From Felis catus (Eukaryota): a stretch of 64,000 nt of DNA. Shown one piece after another: positions 61,901-64,000 of this stretch. The stretch covers positions 25,546,001 to 25,610,000 of the forward strand of contig NC_058368.1 of assembly GCF_018350175.1 (NCBI RefSeq), given 5' to 3'. Position 1 is the first letter of the stretch; each line of letters starts with the position of its first letter. Below the pieces are notes generated by a model. That model searched no databases. It was not told where the DNA came from and saw nothing but the letters and a program-made list of their open reading frames with translations. Made by a program: the position numbers and the translations under genes.

Positions 61901-64000
61901 AAGAGGAACTCTACGGAGTTGCTAGTATTAAACTTGAGTGTACACACAGCCAGCAAATATATGTACAGCTAGATAAACGTATAAATAAATGTATGGCTAG
62001 ATAAAGATACAGAGGGGAAGCAAAAAGGTACGTTTAAACTCCACGAGGGGTGCCTGGCTGGGGTAGTCAGTAAAGCATGTGACTCTTGATCTTGGGGTTG
62101 TAAGTTCAAGCCCCATGTTGGGTGTAGAGATTATTTAAAAATAAAAAATAAAATAAATCATTAAAAAAAACAACAACAACAACTCCGGGAAAACAAAAAG
62201 CTCTAGAAGAAGGTCATGGTCTAGATGAAAAGAGACTGGAAGCAGGAGGCAGACATGGCTTAGGTACTGTTGCTTTTCCTCCTAAGTCCTCTGTGCTGGT
62301 TGATCTGTTAGTCACAGACACGGTGCTTTGATGACAATATTTATATCTATATCTAGGTATAATCTTTTTAAGGAGTTAAGCATCCATAGCTGAGTGGGTT
62401 GAAATAAGGAGAAGCTGATTCCTTCATGCAGGAGTTGATTCTACAGCAAGATTCCGAATCAAAACAAAAACATGAATAGGCAGCTAGGAACACGAATGCT
62501 TTGAGTACATTTAAACTCTGCGAAGAAAATTTACAAAGTAGGAATCCGACCTTGATTCGGTAGAAAGAAACCTATTCAGTCAAGGTAGAGAAAGTTCACC
62601 GTGTGTCTATTTGAAACAAAGGTGGGTACACAGGGGTTGGAAGGGCTGGTGTTCCCTAGTAGTTATGGAAACGTGGCTTTCCCGGCAGATTTGCACGCTG
62701 TTTGCACATCAGATCCTGAAGCATGAGGGAAATCAGGGTGGAAGTCAGGCCTGGACACAGCACAACTGCTGCTGCTTGATGCTCATAAACAAGATGCCAA
62801 CCCCTCCCTCAAGGCCAGTGGCCCCTGACCTGGTGTGGTTGCTCAGAGCACAGAGATCTATGGGCTAGGATGCTCCGGGTAGCACTGTTTCCAAAGCCGA
62901 AGAAAACAAAACCCAGGCCTGGCAACACCCTAAATGCATGTTATTAGTGGGCCATTTAAATAAAAATCATGGTACATCCATATCATAAGTCCTACAAAGC
63001 TGTTCAAAGGAGAAGGCTGGGTTGTATTAACTAATACGGAAAGATGTCCCTCATGTATTAAGCAACAGAGGCAATTTGCAGAAGAGCATACATACTATGG
63101 GCCTATTAAACATACGTATCTATACGTGCTACAAAATGTACCTATGTAATTTTTAAAAACCCTAGTTAGTAAAGTAAAATGCATGAGGCCTCTTACTTTT
63201 GTCATCGGCTTCTCTGGGGAGTGAAGACGGAAGTCGAGAAAGCAACAAGGCAAGGTTAAAAAGCCAGGGAGGGCTGGGGGTGGGGGGGTGGACCAGAAAG
63301 AATCAGTGGACTGGCCGTGAAGCACAGTGGTTAGTGAGGATGCGCAGCTGAGAAAGGATCCCCAGGACCAATGTGTCTGGTGGGACCCAACCCTACTTGT
63401 CCACCTTCCACTGGGAGCTTGTTCAAATCCAGAGGCGCTGTGACCAGCACCGGCAGCTCAGTGGCACTACCAGAGAGACCTTCCAAGGCGGTGGGTGGAG
63501 GGGCGTGGGCGGGGTGCTGGGCTGGCCGTGGATGACAGTCAGAGCTCTCACGCATTGAGCGTCTAATCACAGTGAACAGCGGCCTCTTAGTTGATACTAA
63601 TGTCTGTCATCTGTTAAGCCCTACTGTGTGTTACAAGTATTAGCTCATTTTATCCTGGGACAAAGCTAAAAGATAGATGCAGAGTAATTATTAGGCAGGC
63701 AGGCTTAGAGAGGGCAGGTAACTAGCCTCAGGTCACACAGCCATAGTAAGAAGCAAAGCTCAGAATCAGAGATCAAATGCTAATTTCTACGAAGAGGCTT
63801 AACTACTTACCCCACGAATGACCTCCCCCCCCCCCCCCCCACTATTCTATACTTTCCCAATTTTCTATAAGGGACACACATTCTTCATTGTCAGGGGTGG
63901 GAATCGAATTTAACAAATCATATCCCAGTATGTTTTAGTCAAGGGGGGTTCCTTGACTAAGGGTGGGAAGTTTCTCCGTGCAGGTGAGCACAGGAACTAA

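Larger units (their letters stand above)
3117..62165. mobile_element. Dispersed carnivore tRNA-derived SINEs (Can-SINE/SINEC_Fc), roughly 40 copies
   Basis: Hallmark ggggcgcctgggtggctcagtcggttaagcgtccgact...(CT)n...aaaataaataaa. Approximate copies: 3117-3329(-), 4693-4950(+), 5944-6162(-), 7432-7600(+), 8921-9367(- x2), 14247-14460(+), 15708-15927(-), 17268-17487(+), 20190-20350(+), 20598-20817(-), 22318-22499(-), 24317-24560(+), 26028-26225(-), 26801-27010(+), 29182-29420(+), 31712-31927(-), 44503-44706(-), 45517-46093(- x2), 47545-47751(-), 49940-50140(-), 50582-50800(+), 51949-52170(-), 52593-52797(-), 53587-53790(+), 57930-58180(-), 59557-60043, 62047-62165(+). Confidence 0.92.

Noticed and set aside
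1..64000. Expected syntenic neighbours SLC25A30 and GTF2F2
   Set aside because: No exons recognisable as either gene; they probably lie outside the window.

Overview
Mammalian genomic DNA, almost certainly from a cat or other felid (dense carnivore SINEs of the young feline SINEC_Fc type). The one intact protein-coding gene is TPT1 (TCTP) on the + strand: 6 exons, ATG at 33795, stop at 37291-37293, 172 aa. It has a CpG-island promoter (TATA-like box, two CRE-like sites, 5'TOP start), two poly(A) signals, SNORA31 in intron 5, and a second copy (SNORA31B-like) downstream of both poly(A) signals. Most of the rest is SINE/LINE/LTR/DNA-transposon sequence, plus an orphan CpG island at ~55.5-56.3 kb and two CTCF-like motifs. 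Most notable observations: (1) between ~0.9 and ~24 kb, the non-repeat islands form a same-strand chain of AG..GT-bounded exon-like segments, several phase-compatible, which translate through stops and frameshifts into fibronectin type-III-like motifs; this is a candidate decayed (unitary) pseudogene, inferred by eye only; (2) a hidden GT..AG intron past the TPT1 poly(A) sites that could host the second snoRNA; (3) an alternative splice acceptor inside SNORA31 giving an 83-aa open C-terminal extension; (4) an LTR with an internal inversion plus hairpin and duplication scars. Repeat family names are by-eye recognition and their boundaries are approximate.
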